64,000 nucleotides of DNA from a virus (IMGVR_UViG_3300044825_003843:1-64000), one strand, 5' to 3'. Counted from the stretch's first letter, positions 45,753-55,672 are shown. Notes: generated by a model not told the origin, from the letters alone. Made by a program: numbers and translations.

Positions 45753-46670
45753 CTAATCTCTTTCGAATCTAACGTTAAGTTTTACATACATATCTCCACC
45801 ATTGTATCCTTTACCCTTTAATCTCAAGGGTTTAGAACTATCAAATAGTTTCGGAGCATTAACATTCAATTCCCCTTGTGGGTGAGGTATGGTATAAGTT
45901 TGTTTCTTCAAATCTTCATAATTCAAATATAAATTATATACAAGGTCATTATTCATTTTTTCATACATCTCATCTCTCGTCATAACAATTTGAATTACCA
46001 AGTCGCCGAACACACCGTTTGCATAATCACCATGATTCTCCAATTTCAAAAATTGTCCATCGTCAACACCATGAGGTAATTTTATCTTAACTTCATTTGC
46101 TTCTGATTTAACCCCCCTACCGTCACAGTAATAACACTTGTCAACTAAAGTGAAACCTTTACCACCACACCCATCACACACTGTCCTAACTTGTTGAACA
46201 AGAAAACCAGTACCGAATGTTCTAATGTGCCCCCCACTACCTCCACATGATGTACAAGTTTTCTGTTCTCCACCACCACCCTTACAACTATTACATGGAT
46301 TATTCTTAAAGTATGTCAAGGTCTTTTCAGAACCTAAAAATGAATCTATTGGTGTAACGTTTAGTTTTATAATTTTATCTGGTGCATTTTTTCTCCTCTG
46401 TTGGTTGAATGGGTTATTCATGTTAAACATACTATTGAATATGTCGTTAAAGTTACCTCCATTAAAAGGGTTTTTTCTTTTGGCATCATATTCCGCTCTC
46501 TTGGTTGGATTGCCAACAAAGTCGTATGCTTCAGCAATTTCTTTAAACTTCTCCCCCCCTTGAGGATTTACATCAGGATGGAACTTCTTAGATAAATTTC
46601 TATATTGTTTTTTTATCTCATCTTCTGTCGCATTCTCTTCAACTCCTAAAATTTTATAGTAATCTTTCAT
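45753..46670 (-). CDS. dnaJ: DnaJ-like co-chaperone (J domain + CxxCxGxG zinc finger + C-terminal domain)
   Basis: DYYKILGVEENATEDEIKKQYRNLSKKFHPDVN (HPD), CNSCKGGGG...CTSCGGSGG...CDGCGGKG...CYYCDGRG. Confidence 0.85.
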   Translation of the reverse strand: MKDYYKILGVEENATEDEIKKQYRNLSKKFHPDVNPQGGEKFKEIAEAYDFVGNPTKRAEYDAKRKNPFNGGNFNDIFNSMFNMNNPFNQQRRKNAPDKIIKLNVTPIDSFLGSEKTLTYFKNNPCNSCKGGGGEQKTCTSCGGSGGHIRTFGTGFLVQQVRTVCDGCGGKGFTLVDKCYYCDGRGVKSEANEVKIKLPHGVDDGQFLKLENHGDYANGVFGDLVIQIVMTRDEMYEKMNNDLVYNLYLNYEDLKKQTYTIPHPQGELNVNAPKLFDSSKPLRLKGKGYNGGDMYVKLNVRFERD

Positions 46671-46671
46671 T

Positions 46672-47325
46672 ATGGAAAACTATTTGATTGTTTTATTCAA
46701 AAATAAAGTTAGGTATAAAATACTAAAAAAATATATTACCTTCAAGAAGGCAAAAAACTATTTTGAAAGTTTGAAAAAAGAAAGTCAAGAAGTTATTTTC
46801 GACAAATTGATTGTAGATGGACACGAAACAAACTTTGAAATTGGATTAGTCGAAAAAAGTTCTGTTCAGTTAATACCAGTCTACATTACAGACGAAATGG
46901 GTAGAAATGTGAGGGTTAAATTGGAAAACGAAGGAATGACATTAATTGAAATTTCAGGGTTCAAAATAGAAGAAGAAATTTATGATTTACAACAAAATAG
47001 AAAAATTAAAACTAAGGAATTAATAAAAATATATCTAAGAGATGGAGGGGTTAAGATGATTTCATCTCTAAACAATAAGGTTATAATACAGAATGATGAT
47101 GAGATTTACTTATTTTCAACAAAAAACTCATTAGAGTCTGAAAGGTTTTTAGATTGTCTTTCGAATCACTTTTACAACATAAAAAGAAGAGATTGTCTTT
47201 TTATTAAGGATGTTTCAACACCACAAAAGAAGTATTTATATTCTTTCTTGGAATCTAAAGGTTTCGATAAAAAATTATTGTATAGAAAATTTACAACTTA
47301 TCCTCGACAGGTTGGTCCAAAATAA
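46672..47325 (+). CDS. hypothetical protein
   Basis: 217-aa ORF. Confidence 0.45.
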   Translation: MENYLIVLFKNKVRYKILKKYITFKKAKNYFESLKKESQEVIFDKLIVDGHETNFEIGLVEKSSVQLIPVYITDEMGRNVRVKLENEGMTLIEISGFKIEEEIYDLQQNRKIKTKELIKIYLRDGGVKMISSLNNKVIIQNDDEIYLFSTKNSLESERFLDCLSNHFYNIKRRDCLFIKDVSTPQKKYLYSFLESKGFDKKLLYRKFTTYPRQVGPK

Positions 47326-47530
47326 AGACAAAATCGGTCCCTGAAATCTCTATAGTAAATTGTTTGTGATGTCTATCTATTTCTCGAAAATGATTTATTA
47401 CCTGTGAATATTCGTCTTTTGGTAATTCAAATATTATTGTGGTCTTCCCTTTGAATAGGGTTTGTACAGAATCAGTTATCAATGCTAACTTTTCTAATGT
47501 CCCCAAATCACCATCTTTATTTTCTGCCAT
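47291..47530 (-). CDS. hypothetical protein
   Basis: 79-aa ORF. Confidence 0.35.
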   Translation of the reverse strand: MAENKDGDLGTLEKLALITDSVQTLFKGKTTIIFELPKDEYSQVINHFREIDRHHKQFTIEISGTDFVFILDQPVEDKL

Positions 47531-47641
47531 AATGTGAGTTTTTTCGGTTCAGGAAAAAAATCTTTTTTGGAATATTTTTTTATTTCCGTAATAAATTTCT
47601 CCTTATCTTTTTCTATTTGGATTTGGTCTTTCCTGCTTTCT

Positions 47642-48073
47642 TTATTCAGCCAATCCAATAATTTCTGACTCCTGTCCATCTTCTTCTTCGTTTAGTTCAG
47701 TTACATCGGTTTCAAAATCGAAATATAATTTTTTTAATTTATCTAAATCGGTTTTCTCAAATGTCTGTTTGAGTTTTTCTATAGTTTCTTTAAAGAGTCT
47801 ATCTTTAATTTCTCGGTCTTTGTTTAATTTAATTGCTTTACCTATTTTAGATAAAACTTCATTTATTTCCTTTTCATTTATTTGACACACAAAAGAAAAC
47901 CCCTTTAAATTGTCATCACCAGTTTCAAAAGGTACCAACTTCCCTTCCTCTAAATAACTTTTAGGTAAACCCCATTTAGTGGGAAATTTCATGTCAAAAC
48001 TTAAAAAACTTTCTAGTTTTCTAATCGAATGAATATAATCCAAATACTCTACAAAAACTTTATGAAAATCCAT
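47642..48073 (-). CDS. hypothetical protein
   Basis: 143-aa ORF. Confidence 0.4.
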   Translation of the reverse strand: MDFHKVFVEYLDYIHSIRKLESFLSFDMKFPTKWGLPKSYLEEGKLVPFETGDDNLKGFSFVCQINEKEINEVLSKIGKAIKLNKDREIKDRLFKETIEKLKQTFEKTDLDKLKKLYFDFETDVTELNEEEDGQESEIIGLAE

Positions 48074-48253
48074 TATTTGAAACTTAAATAGGTAATTAAA
48101 TAACTTATGATTAATCCGGTAAAAATTAGTTCCCTGTTACTCAGGACCAATGGTTTCGGTTCTTTTTGTAACAGGGTACCTAAAAATTTGAATAAAATTC
48201 TACTAATAACTAAAATACTGAACACGAATGTATAATAAAACACTGCGTCAACA

Positions 48254-48436
48254 TTAAGCATTTTCTTCTGATTTTTTGTGTTCTAAAATCTCACCTCTGA
48301 ATTTCTGAAGTAAAGCTTTCAGTTCTTGAGCAGATTTTCTTGCTCTGGTTCCCGCACTTTTATTCCCGTTAAAAAATTTTGACGCATCAACAGAAAGTTG
48401 TTCTGTAAGAGCCTTAATTTGTTCTAAAGTTTCCAT
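48254..48436 (-). CDS. Bacteroidetes-type histone H1-like small DNA-binding protein
   Basis: 60 aa, FFNGNKSAGTRARKSAQELKALLQKFR resembles the NKAAGTRARK...ELK.LLQ.FR pattern of Bacteroidetes histone H1-like proteins (from memory). Confidence 0.45.
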   Translation of the reverse strand: METLEQIKALTEQLSVDASKFFNGNKSAGTRARKSAQELKALLQKFRGEILEHKKSEENA

Positions 48437-48510
48437 ATTAATGTAATTTGTTTTTTTTATTATTGGCTAATAATAACAAGAATTTTCAATAAAATAAAGA
48501 TATCAAAAGA

Positions 48511-48978
48511 CTATTCCGTATTTTTTTCGAACATATTATAAAGTTCAGTTAATATATCCAAATCACTTTTGGTGAATGGTTTATCTAAATTAAAAACATC
48601 TTCTATAAATTCAGGTATCGCCACTTTTAAATTTTTTTGAGTTGAGTCATAGAATGAATCCAAAAAAAAGGATTTGAAGTAATCCTTATGTTGTCCTTCG
48701 TGTTTTATGATAATATTTTCTTTTTTGAAATCTTCTAAAACCTTATTCCAACACCATTCGAAGTGAGCAATTTTATCTTCTTCTTTTAAACTTATTCTTG
48801 TTTCTAACTCATCATCACCCAAATAGGTGTCAATAATAGTTTGATATAATGATTTTACTAAATCACCATATAGTTCAATTTTCTCATAGTTTAAATTATG
48901 AATATTGAACCAAATCAACACTTCTTCTTTCGATATTGGGTTTGACATCCACCTAAAAAAATTCTCCATAGAACTCAT
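48511..48978 (-). CDS. hypothetical protein
   Basis: 155-aa ORF. Confidence 0.45.
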   Translation of the reverse strand: MSSMENFFRWMSNPISKEEVLIWFNIHNLNYEKIELYGDLVKSLYQTIIDTYLGDDELETRISLKEEDKIAHFEWCWNKVLEDFKKENIIIKHEGQHKDYFKSFFLDSFYDSTQKNLKVAIPEFIEDVFNLDKPFTKSDLDILTELYNMFEKNTE

Positions 48979-49016
48979 CTATGGAGAATATAATTTAATA
49001 ATTGATAATGTGAATT

Positions 49017-50252
49017 TTATTGAGTTTTGGAATTATATTTGATGATATTCATCATCTTTGAAATTTCCTCGTTAACCATCTTTTCTTTTTTGTTCTCCGT
49101 TGATTCCAACTTTGCAAACATTTTATCTAATGATTTCTCTCCCTTATCCTCACCGGCAGTATCTACAGGTTGTTTAACTCTTTTGTATGACCTGTCTTTT
49201 TCTTTTTGATAAAGATTCGCCTTTCTTTTGTTGTTAGCCTTTTCACCTACTTCAGTTTTTACGGCATTTGCCCACTCAGGATTATTTCCTGTTCTAGATG
49301 AACCTATTAAATTATCTTCCAACCATTTATCATTTGGCTTTATTTCATCATAATGAGTGTTTTCTAAACCTGGATATGCGAAGTTTTCGATATATTCTTC
49401 AACAGCGTCAGAAGGCTTATAAGCTTTTTTCGTCATTTTTTCATCTAACTCTCCATTACCTTCTGGGAAATGTTTAGGGTCCATGGTAAAATCTTCTTTG
49501 GACCCATCTTTCAAATATTCTTTGAGTTTTTTTGTGACATCTTTAACTTGTTGTGATGTTTCTTGTCCAGTTTTTTTGTTCGCCTTTTCAACTTCTCTTA
49601 GACCGATAGGTATTTTCATCTGAATATTACTTTTTGTTTTTTGTTCAGATATGATTTTTTCAATCATGTCAATCAATTCATCTTCAGTAAGTTGTAAAGT
49701 TTGTGTGTTCTCTTTTAACCCTTTCAAGGTTAATGCTAAATTAACTTGTTTCAAAAGTTTTGAATCGGAAGCAGATAGTTTTTTATCTCCTTCACCCTTT
49801 TTCATCAATTCTTTTTTCAAAGATTTGAGTTTAGCCTCAGGTATTTTTTCGTCTTCAGGAACATTTAATTTTTTGTGTAATGCACCTTTTTTCATATCTG
49901 TTTTCTGAATCCACTTTTTTTCTTCTTTATTTTCTTTTTTCTTAACAGATTCTTTGACATCATATTTCTTTCCATCAACTTCAAATGAATCTTTACCCTC
50001 TTCCTTGGCTTTAGCCAAAGCGCCAGAAAATGCATTACCTTCTTCAGTTTCTTGTTCCTCGACATCTTCCTCTTCTTTCATATCACCTAACTTTTTGAAA
50101 TCCGCCTTTGTTAATTTACCTTTTGGTTTTGCAACATCTAATTTGTGTTGGTCTCCGTGAAGTTTCTCATTCATTTCATCAGACTTTTTTTCTATTTCTT
50201 CCAATAAAATTTTAGAAACCATTCTATCTATTTTTTCTTGAAAATCTTTCAT
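49017..50252 (-). CDS. hypothetical highly charged K/E-rich protein
   Basis: 411 aa, low-complexity charged composition. Confidence 0.45.
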   Translation of the reverse strand: MKDFQEKIDRMVSKILLEEIEKKSDEMNEKLHGDQHKLDVAKPKGKLTKADFKKLGDMKEEEDVEEQETEEGNAFSGALAKAKEEGKDSFEVDGKKYDVKESVKKKENKEEKKWIQKTDMKKGALHKKLNVPEDEKIPEAKLKSLKKELMKKGEGDKKLSASDSKLLKQVNLALTLKGLKENTQTLQLTEDELIDMIEKIISEQKTKSNIQMKIPIGLREVEKANKKTGQETSQQVKDVTKKLKEYLKDGSKEDFTMDPKHFPEGNGELDEKMTKKAYKPSDAVEEYIENFAYPGLENTHYDEIKPNDKWLEDNLIGSSRTGNNPEWANAVKTEVGEKANNKRKANLYQKEKDRSYKRVKQPVDTAGEDKGEKSLDKMFAKLESTENKKEKMVNEEISKMMNIIKYNSKTQ

Positions 50253-50273
50253 TTTTTTTTATTTATAAATATC

Positions 50274-51257
50274 TTATTTCGTTTGTTTATTCAATTTCTC
50301 TATTTCATATTGTAATATTGCCTTGATAGTCGTTTCACTTAGGTTGAGTTTTTTTGATACATTCGAAATTGCATCATGGACGTTTTCGTTTTGATAAATG
50401 TTCAAAGCATTGATGTCTCCTTTATTACAATAAGGAAACTTTGTGCATTTTTTCTTTACAGAAACGAAAGCTCCACCTGGTATCTGTGTTTTCGATTTAC
50501 CTCTCCAATCTTTTTTACCTGTAGATTTCGCCCAAGCGGCAGGACTTTCATACGAACCTACAGAACCAGATGTAGTTGCTTCTTTAGCCTCAATCTTTTC
50601 AACTTTACTATCGACAGGTTTTGGATTTTCACTTTTACTTTTTTTCCAAAATTCGTCATTACCTCCAAATACAGGAGCCGAGTATGCCCCTACTGAACCT
50701 GACCCTGTTGCTTCTTTTGATTCAGTCTTTTTATTTGTTTTAAATCCACATGATTTCATAAATTTGTCATGGTCAAAATCTACTTTTTCTCTTTTCAATT
50801 TTTCCAACATGTTTTTTGCAATTGATTTTCTATTTGTAAGATTTTTGACCTGTTTAACTATTTCGATTATTCCATTAACCATATCTTTTTCATTTTGAGT
50901 CGAGTTAACTTCTTCAGTTTCTTTCGTCTCTATTTTAGATAATTTATCGTAATATTTTGGGTCTTCAAATATATGGTCCATTGCAATCTCTCTTGCCTTT
51001 TTTTTATTATCAGTATGTTCTAATTCAACCTTAATACCAATTTGTAATTGTTTTTTTAATTCTGAGATATCTTTCATTTTGTGTTTACGAGCTAAATCCT
51101 GTAAACTTTTTTTATCTGCCAGTCCCCCTTGTAGAATTTCATTTTCTTTCATACTGTTTTTCAAATTACTTAAAGTCGCAACTACTTCAGGACTTAGTTC
51201 CACTCCTGCAGATGATTTATCAATTGAATTTCTAAAAATGTCTTTAGATGATTTCAT
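50274..51257 (-). CDS. hypothetical charged protein with internal duplication
   Basis: repeated KEATGSGSVGAYSAPVFGG / KEATTSGSVGSYESPAAWA modules. Confidence 0.45.
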   Translation of the reverse strand: MKSSKDIFRNSIDKSSAGVELSPEVVATLSNLKNSMKENEILQGGLADKKSLQDLARKHKMKDISELKKQLQIGIKVELEHTDNKKKAREIAMDHIFEDPKYYDKLSKIETKETEEVNSTQNEKDMVNGIIEIVKQVKNLTNRKSIAKNMLEKLKREKVDFDHDKFMKSCGFKTNKKTESKEATGSGSVGAYSAPVFGGNDEFWKKSKSENPKPVDSKVEKIEAKEATTSGSVGSYESPAAWAKSTGKKDWRGKSKTQIPGGAFVSVKKKCTKFPYCNKGDINALNIYQNENVHDAISNVSKKLNLSETTIKAILQYEIEKLNKQTK

Positions 51258-51259
51258 AA

Positions 51260-51505
51260 TTATGCGTTTTTAAGTCTTGGTTCCCAATAGCTTCTATTCA
51301 TCCACATGAATTGATAGAATTCTCGGAACATTTTCAGTGTTATCTCCTTTACCTCACCCTCTAATTTGCCACGTTTAATTTCTTTTTGTATCTTTTCCAT
51401 CAACTTATCTTCGAACTGTCTGATTGTATTATTTTCCATAAAGTTTCTTATTTCTTTACGAACCACAGTTTGAATTTCTCTCATTTCAGATGCAGTCAGT
51501 GCCAT
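51260..51505 (-). CDS. hypothetical protein
   Basis: 81-aa ORF. Confidence 0.35.
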   Translation of the reverse strand: MALTASEMREIQTVVRKEIRNFMENNTIRQFEDKLMEKIQKEIKRGKLEGEVKEITLKMFREFYQFMWMNRSYWEPRLKNA

Positions 51506-51924
51506 TATTTAATAATTAATAAAACAGCCAAAATTGCGGTTAAAGAACTACCAACTATTTTGGTAAGTTTATTTTTGAATTTTTCTTTTTTCAATTCTTT
51601 ACTCACTTCAGATATTTTATCATCCATGATTTTAATTTTACTATCTTTTTCTAACAGAATTTTGTCATAGATTAAAAATTTATCTTCTTGTTTGACTATA
51701 ATACTGTCTTTCAGAGAAACGAGTTTTTCAGTATGTTTCAGTTGTTCCTCGGTCAATTTGAGCTGAGCCTTAGCTGAATCACCACTAATCAAATCTTTGA
51801 TGATTAGTTTGACTACAGGTATTGGAAAACTTTTAGTTGGTATACTGTCTACCGTACCTGCTTGAGAAAAAGCTGTCGAGCTCATCATTAGTGAACTTAT
51901 CAACACTATTAATTTTGTTTTCAT
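51505..51924 (-). CDS. secreted protein with Bacteroidetes-style signal peptide
   Basis: MKTKLIVLISSLMMSSTAFSQ N-terminal signal. Confidence 0.45.
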   Translation of the reverse strand: MKTKLIVLISSLMMSSTAFSQAGTVDSIPTKSFPIPVVKLIIKDLISGDSAKAQLKLTEEQLKHTEKLVSLKDSIIVKQEDKFLIYDKILLEKDSKIKIMDDKISEVSKELKKEKFKNKLTKIVGSSLTAILAVLLIIK

Positions 51925-52204
51925 AATACTCTTTAATGATTACTTTTTGATTTTTAACTGAACCTATTGTAGACTCAACTTCGAAAACTTCCCCTTTCAA
52001 TTCAGAAATGTTCTCATCTACTTGTTTTTGTTGTTCCCTTAAGAGAACAATCTTATTATCTATAGAATCAATTTTATTTTTGAAAGTGTTAATTCCGTCC
52101 AATTTCGGAGAAAATATAGCACTGAACCAATAAAATATTACACCTACAATTATAATAAGTGCAAAATCCCTTCTATACTTTTTTATAAAATCAAACATTT
52201 TCAT
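51833..52204 (-). CDS. membrane-anchored protein
   Basis: N-terminal TM helix FALIIIVGVIFYWFSAIF then coiled-coil. Confidence 0.4.
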   Translation of the reverse strand: MKMFDFIKKYRRDFALIIIVGVIFYWFSAIFSPKLDGINTFKNKIDSIDNKIVLLREQQKQVDENISELKGEVFEVESTIGSVKNQKVIIKEYYENKINSVDKFTNDELDSFFSSRYGRQYTN

Positions 52205-52763
52205 TCGGTTTTGTTCTTTTTCTTGAGGCCAATATTTTTGACCATTTTGATTTGAATTTTTCGTAAAACTGTTGAAGTTTATTGACCATATTCAAAAATT
52301 CCTCATCTACTTTGATTGCCGTTCCATTTACGTAGATTCCACTGTCCTCTCCTATAGTCAAAATAAATTCAACATCCTCATCGATAATTTTACCAGACCA
52401 CTCCACACTATTCGAATAAACATTCAACTCGTTGAAGTCAACTAAATCAGAGACTTCATCAACAAACTCATCCATCGTTTCTTGGAATGCTAACTTCTCT
52501 TCTGATGTGATTTCAACATCGCTTTTTTCTTTACCGTGCATTGATATTATTCCACCCGATATTCTATATTTTTGAACTACGTCATCTGGTGATTCTTCTT
52601 TTTCTACTTTTGCAGTTTCGAACTCATCATTATCTTGGTCTATCTTATCTTCAATACTTTTAGCAATATTGTCTTTTTGTATTGTAACTTGTTCTTTAAG
52701 TAATCTTGACTTATTCAATAAAGATTTTATTTGGTCGTATTTTTCATCATGATAGTTACCCAT
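52191..52763 (-). CDS. hypothetical acidic protein
   Basis: 190-aa ORF. Confidence 0.4.
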   Translation of the reverse strand: MGNYHDEKYDQIKSLLNKSRLLKEQVTIQKDNIAKSIEDKIDQDNDEFETAKVEKEESPDDVVQKYRISGGIISMHGKEKSDVEITSEEKLAFQETMDEFVDEVSDLVDFNELNVYSNSVEWSGKIIDEDVEFILTIGEDSGIYVNGTAIKVDEEFLNMVNKLQQFYEKFKSKWSKILASRKRTKPNENV

Positions 52764-53424
52764 GTTCTATTTTTTTTAAAAATTTTTCAAAATCGAAAGC
52801 TGGACTCAAATCCGTAAATCTTGTATCGAAATTACTCCTTGATACTATGCCCTCGAAGTTTTTTATTCCTTCTATTTTAGTGTTATGTCCTGTACATTTT
52901 TTGGAAATTTCTAAATTTTCACAAATCTCTTTACACAACTCAGAAAGACTTTCCATTTGCTGTTCAGGATAAAAGTCCCAAAAAAAATAATCTCTCCATT
53001 TTTTTTCGAAAACTTCTCCTTTATAAATACTCTTGTTCCAGTTAATGTAGTCAGATGAAAGCGGTTTTCTCTCAAGCCACCCTAAATTCTCGAGACTAAT
53101 TACTATAGAATTTTTGTTTATCTTCTCTTCTTCGAATATGTTAGAAAATTTGTTATTCTGGAGGGTGTTCAAAATATCACCCTTTTTGGTTATTATATAA
53201 TGCGGAATTTTATTATATTTCCCATTATATCTAAATTTAAGGGAGGTCAAATATTCATTGACCTCCCTTGATGTATGACACAGAATTATTTGTGACTTTC
53301 TTTTGTGTATACCCTCAGACTTAAACTCTTCTAAAAGGTAAGTTTTATCCATTTCTATTGATATAAGATAATCTTTTAATAGTTGTCCCACTTTCTCCCT
53401 GTTGAATGTCTTCAGGTTCTTCAA
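52756..53424 (-). CDS. N-acetylmuramoyl-L-alanine amidase (T7 lysozyme-like endolysin)
   Basis: IILCHTS, IPHYIITKKGDIL, NKNSIVISLENLG, YPEQQMESLSELCKEICENL, SPAFDF colinear with T7 lysozyme IFVHCSAT, VGYHFIIKRDGTV, NHNSIGVCLVGG, FTPAQMQSLRSLLV, CPSFDL; true start may be internal Met. Confidence 0.6.
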   Translation of the reverse strand: MKNLKTFNREKVGQLLKDYLISIEMDKTYLLEEFKSEGIHKRKSQIILCHTSREVNEYLTSLKFRYNGKYNKIPHYIITKKGDILNTLQNNKFSNIFEEEKINKNSIVISLENLGWLERKPLSSDYINWNKSIYKGEVFEKKWRDYFFWDFYPEQQMESLSELCKEICENLEISKKCTGHNTKIEGIKNFEGIVSRSNFDTRFTDLSPAFDFEKFLKKIEHG

Positions 53425-54133
53425 TCGTCATTTCTTCGGGATTAAGAGGTTCTTGTTTTGTAACAACCTCAGGAGTTTCTTCCAAAGTCTTGAATTTATT
53501 TTGATTGATTTCCTTAAGGGCTCTTTCCAACTCGGCCAATTGTTGTTCGGTGGGTACGAACTTCTCACTTTCTATTTTTGCTTCTTCCTTACCTGCAAGA
53601 ATACTCAACTCATCTATGTTTTTTTCTTCAATTTGTTGTGGTATCGCTTGTAGTTCTCCTTTTTTCTTTTTTTCTTCTTCTTCAAATTTTACAAGCATAT
53701 GTAAGAATGAAAGAGAAATTATTGGTAACATCCCACCAGAAAAAAGTGCCAAGAACCTCTTATGGCCGACCATGTCACCAGACTCTACCCCCATAAAACT
53801 TACAATTGGGTCAACTAGCTCAACCCAATCGATGAAAGATTCCGAGGTAATATCTATAAATTGATAAGAAAAATATATGTTACCTAAGAATTGTATCAAG
53901 GTAACAATCGCAAAAGGAAAATAAACTTTTTTACCCATTTGGGCTGAAATTGCAGCTAACGCCGAGAGAGCTGCAATTTCAATACCAATGGAAAGATATA
54001 TCGCCCAACTAAGTGGATTCGAAATACCATACCATGTAGTTACGTGTGATATTGAAACAAACGCAACTGCAAGTATCGGAACTAAGAATGCGGTATAAAT
54101 TAGTGTTTTGAAATTTCTTTGAAACCAATTCAT
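53345..54133 (-). CDS. polytopic membrane protein with charged C-terminal tail (holin-like candidate)
   Basis: four to five hydrophobic helices in first 140 aa; adjacent to amidase. Confidence 0.35.
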   Translation of the reverse strand: MNWFQRNFKTLIYTAFLVPILAVAFVSISHVTTWYGISNPLSWAIYLSIGIEIAALSALAAISAQMGKKVYFPFAIVTLIQFLGNIYFSYQFIDITSESFIDWVELVDPIVSFMGVESGDMVGHKRFLALFSGGMLPIISLSFLHMLVKFEEEEKKKKGELQAIPQQIEEKNIDELSILAGKEEAKIESEKFVPTEQQLAELERALKEINQNKFKTLEETPEVVTKQEPLNPEEMTIEEPEDIQQGESGTTIKRLSYINRNG

Positions 54134-54138
54134 TTTTG

Positions 54139-54414
54139 TTATTTAAGTTTTTTTATCTCTTCCTCGATTTCAGTTTGTCTTCTAACATCTAATAGTTTTC
54201 TATCAGTTGCCTGAATCATCCTTTTTTCCGCTTCTAAACCAGAAATTTTCAATTCTTTCAAAAGTTCCGTTTTGGTATAGGTTGAATCTTTGATGGACTT
54301 TATTTCATTTTTAATTTTAGAAATTTCTCTTGAATCACTACAACCCTTGAAAAAGGCTAGTAGGGAAATTACAAGAACAATTACAGTAAAATTTTCTTTA
54401 ATAAATTTTTTCAT
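54139..54414 (-). CDS. small signal-anchored protein
   Basis: N-terminal hydrophobic VIVLVISLLAFFKGC (possible lipobox) then coiled-coil. Confidence 0.35.
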   Translation of the reverse strand: MKKFIKENFTVIVLVISLLAFFKGCSDSREISKIKNEIKSIKDSTYTKTELLKELKISGLEAEKRMIQATDRKLLDVRRQTEIEEEIKKLK

Positions 54415-54427
54415 GATAAATAATATC

Positions 54428-54835
54428 TTAGTGTTTGTTGAACCTATACACAGGAACTTTTAATCCTATAGTTCTCAATCTGTCGTTAAAAGAACTTGTA
54501 AATGCAAGTCTAACCTGTTCAGAAATTCTAACATCTACTCCGAATATTGGTTCGAATTTATGATTCTGTAAATAACAACCAGCAAGCATGAAACCTACGT
54601 TGTTTTTCCATGCTGAATGTCTGAAACCTACAGTTGACATGTCTTGTCCTGCAAGAACTTTCGAATATGTTCCGACTGCAGTCAATTCTTTTGTTATGTT
54701 TCCACTAACCTCCAACTGAGAAAAACCGTAGTTTTTTCCTCTGTAAGTTACGTTTCCACCTTGTACTGAAACCAATTGTGCTTTGGACACCATGAATGAT
54801 AGTGTCATCAAAAATGCGAATAAAATTTTTTTCAT
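54428..54835 (-). CDS. secreted outer-membrane beta-barrel-like protein
   Basis: signal peptide MKKILFAFLMTLSFMVSKAQ and alternating amphipathic beta pattern ending in aromatic residue. Confidence 0.4.
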   Translation of the reverse strand: MKKILFAFLMTLSFMVSKAQLVSVQGGNVTYRGKNYGFSQLEVSGNITKELTAVGTYSKVLAGQDMSTVGFRHSAWKNNVGFMLAGCYLQNHKFEPIFGVDVRISEQVRLAFTSSFNDRLRTIGLKVPVYRFNKH

Positions 54836-54874
54836 AATTTTTTATTTTCTTAATAAATACTAAAAATTTCAGGA

Positions 54875-55672
54875 TTATAAATAATCAAACAAAGAACCTG
54901 ACTCATTTCTAAGTTTTCTAAGTGCCTTTTCTTTGATTTGTCTGACCCTTTCTTTAGTTAATTCGAAATCATTTCCAATGTCTTCTAATGTTCTTGTATT
55001 ACCTGATAAACCGAAATAATCTTCAATTATTATACGTTCTCTTTCGTCCAAAACATCGAGCATCGATAGTAATTTATCTTTTAAAGTATGTTCGGTATTT
55101 AATCCTGAATCAGGACTTTCGACGTTAGGGTTTATTACAACATCCATCAAGGTATCTCCGTCTTCATTAAGTGGTGTTTCAAGGTCAACAGTATATGGTA
55201 AGTTAGCAAACCTATCAGATAACTCTTCTCCATTTATTTCTTGTTCCTTTTTTGCCTTATGTAATTCTTGAACTACGTTCACAGGGAACCTAATGGTTCT
55301 CGCGTTCTCATTTAGCGACTGTAATATAGATTGTCTAATCCACCAAACAGCATATGATATAAACCTCAAATTTTTCGACCAATCAAAGTTCTCTATCGCC
55401 TTTAAAAGACCATAGTTACCTTCAGCAATTAAATCTGAAAGGTCTAGTCCTTGGTTTTGATATTGTTTACTTACAGTAATAACAAACCTCAGGTTACCTT
55501 CTAATATTTCTTTTTTAATCTCTTCCTTTTGTCTTGGAGTTACACTTCCAGAAAGCATAAGTTTTGCCAACTCTTTTTCTCTTTCAGGTGTCATGACAGT
55601 CAACTTCCTGATGTCTTTAAGATAAACTGAAATCTCTTCTTGATTAATTGGAATTACTGATTTTTCTTTCAT
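54875..55672 (-). CDS. RNA polymerase sigma-70 family factor
   Basis: region 2 LRFVITVSKQYQNQGLDLSDLIAEGNYGLLKAIENFD...FISYAVWWIRQSI; region 4 TLEDIGNDFELTKERVRQIKEKALRKLR. Confidence 0.85.
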   Translation of the reverse strand: MKEKSVIPINQEEISVYLKDIRKLTVMTPEREKELAKLMLSGSVTPRQKEEIKKEILEGNLRFVITVSKQYQNQGLDLSDLIAEGNYGLLKAIENFDWSKNLRFISYAVWWIRQSILQSLNENARTIRFPVNVVQELHKAKKEQEINGEELSDRFANLPYTVDLETPLNEDGDTLMDVVINPNVESPDSGLNTEHTLKDKLLSMLDVLDERERIIIEDYFGLSGNTRTLEDIGNDFELTKERVRQIKEKALRKLRNESGSLFDYL

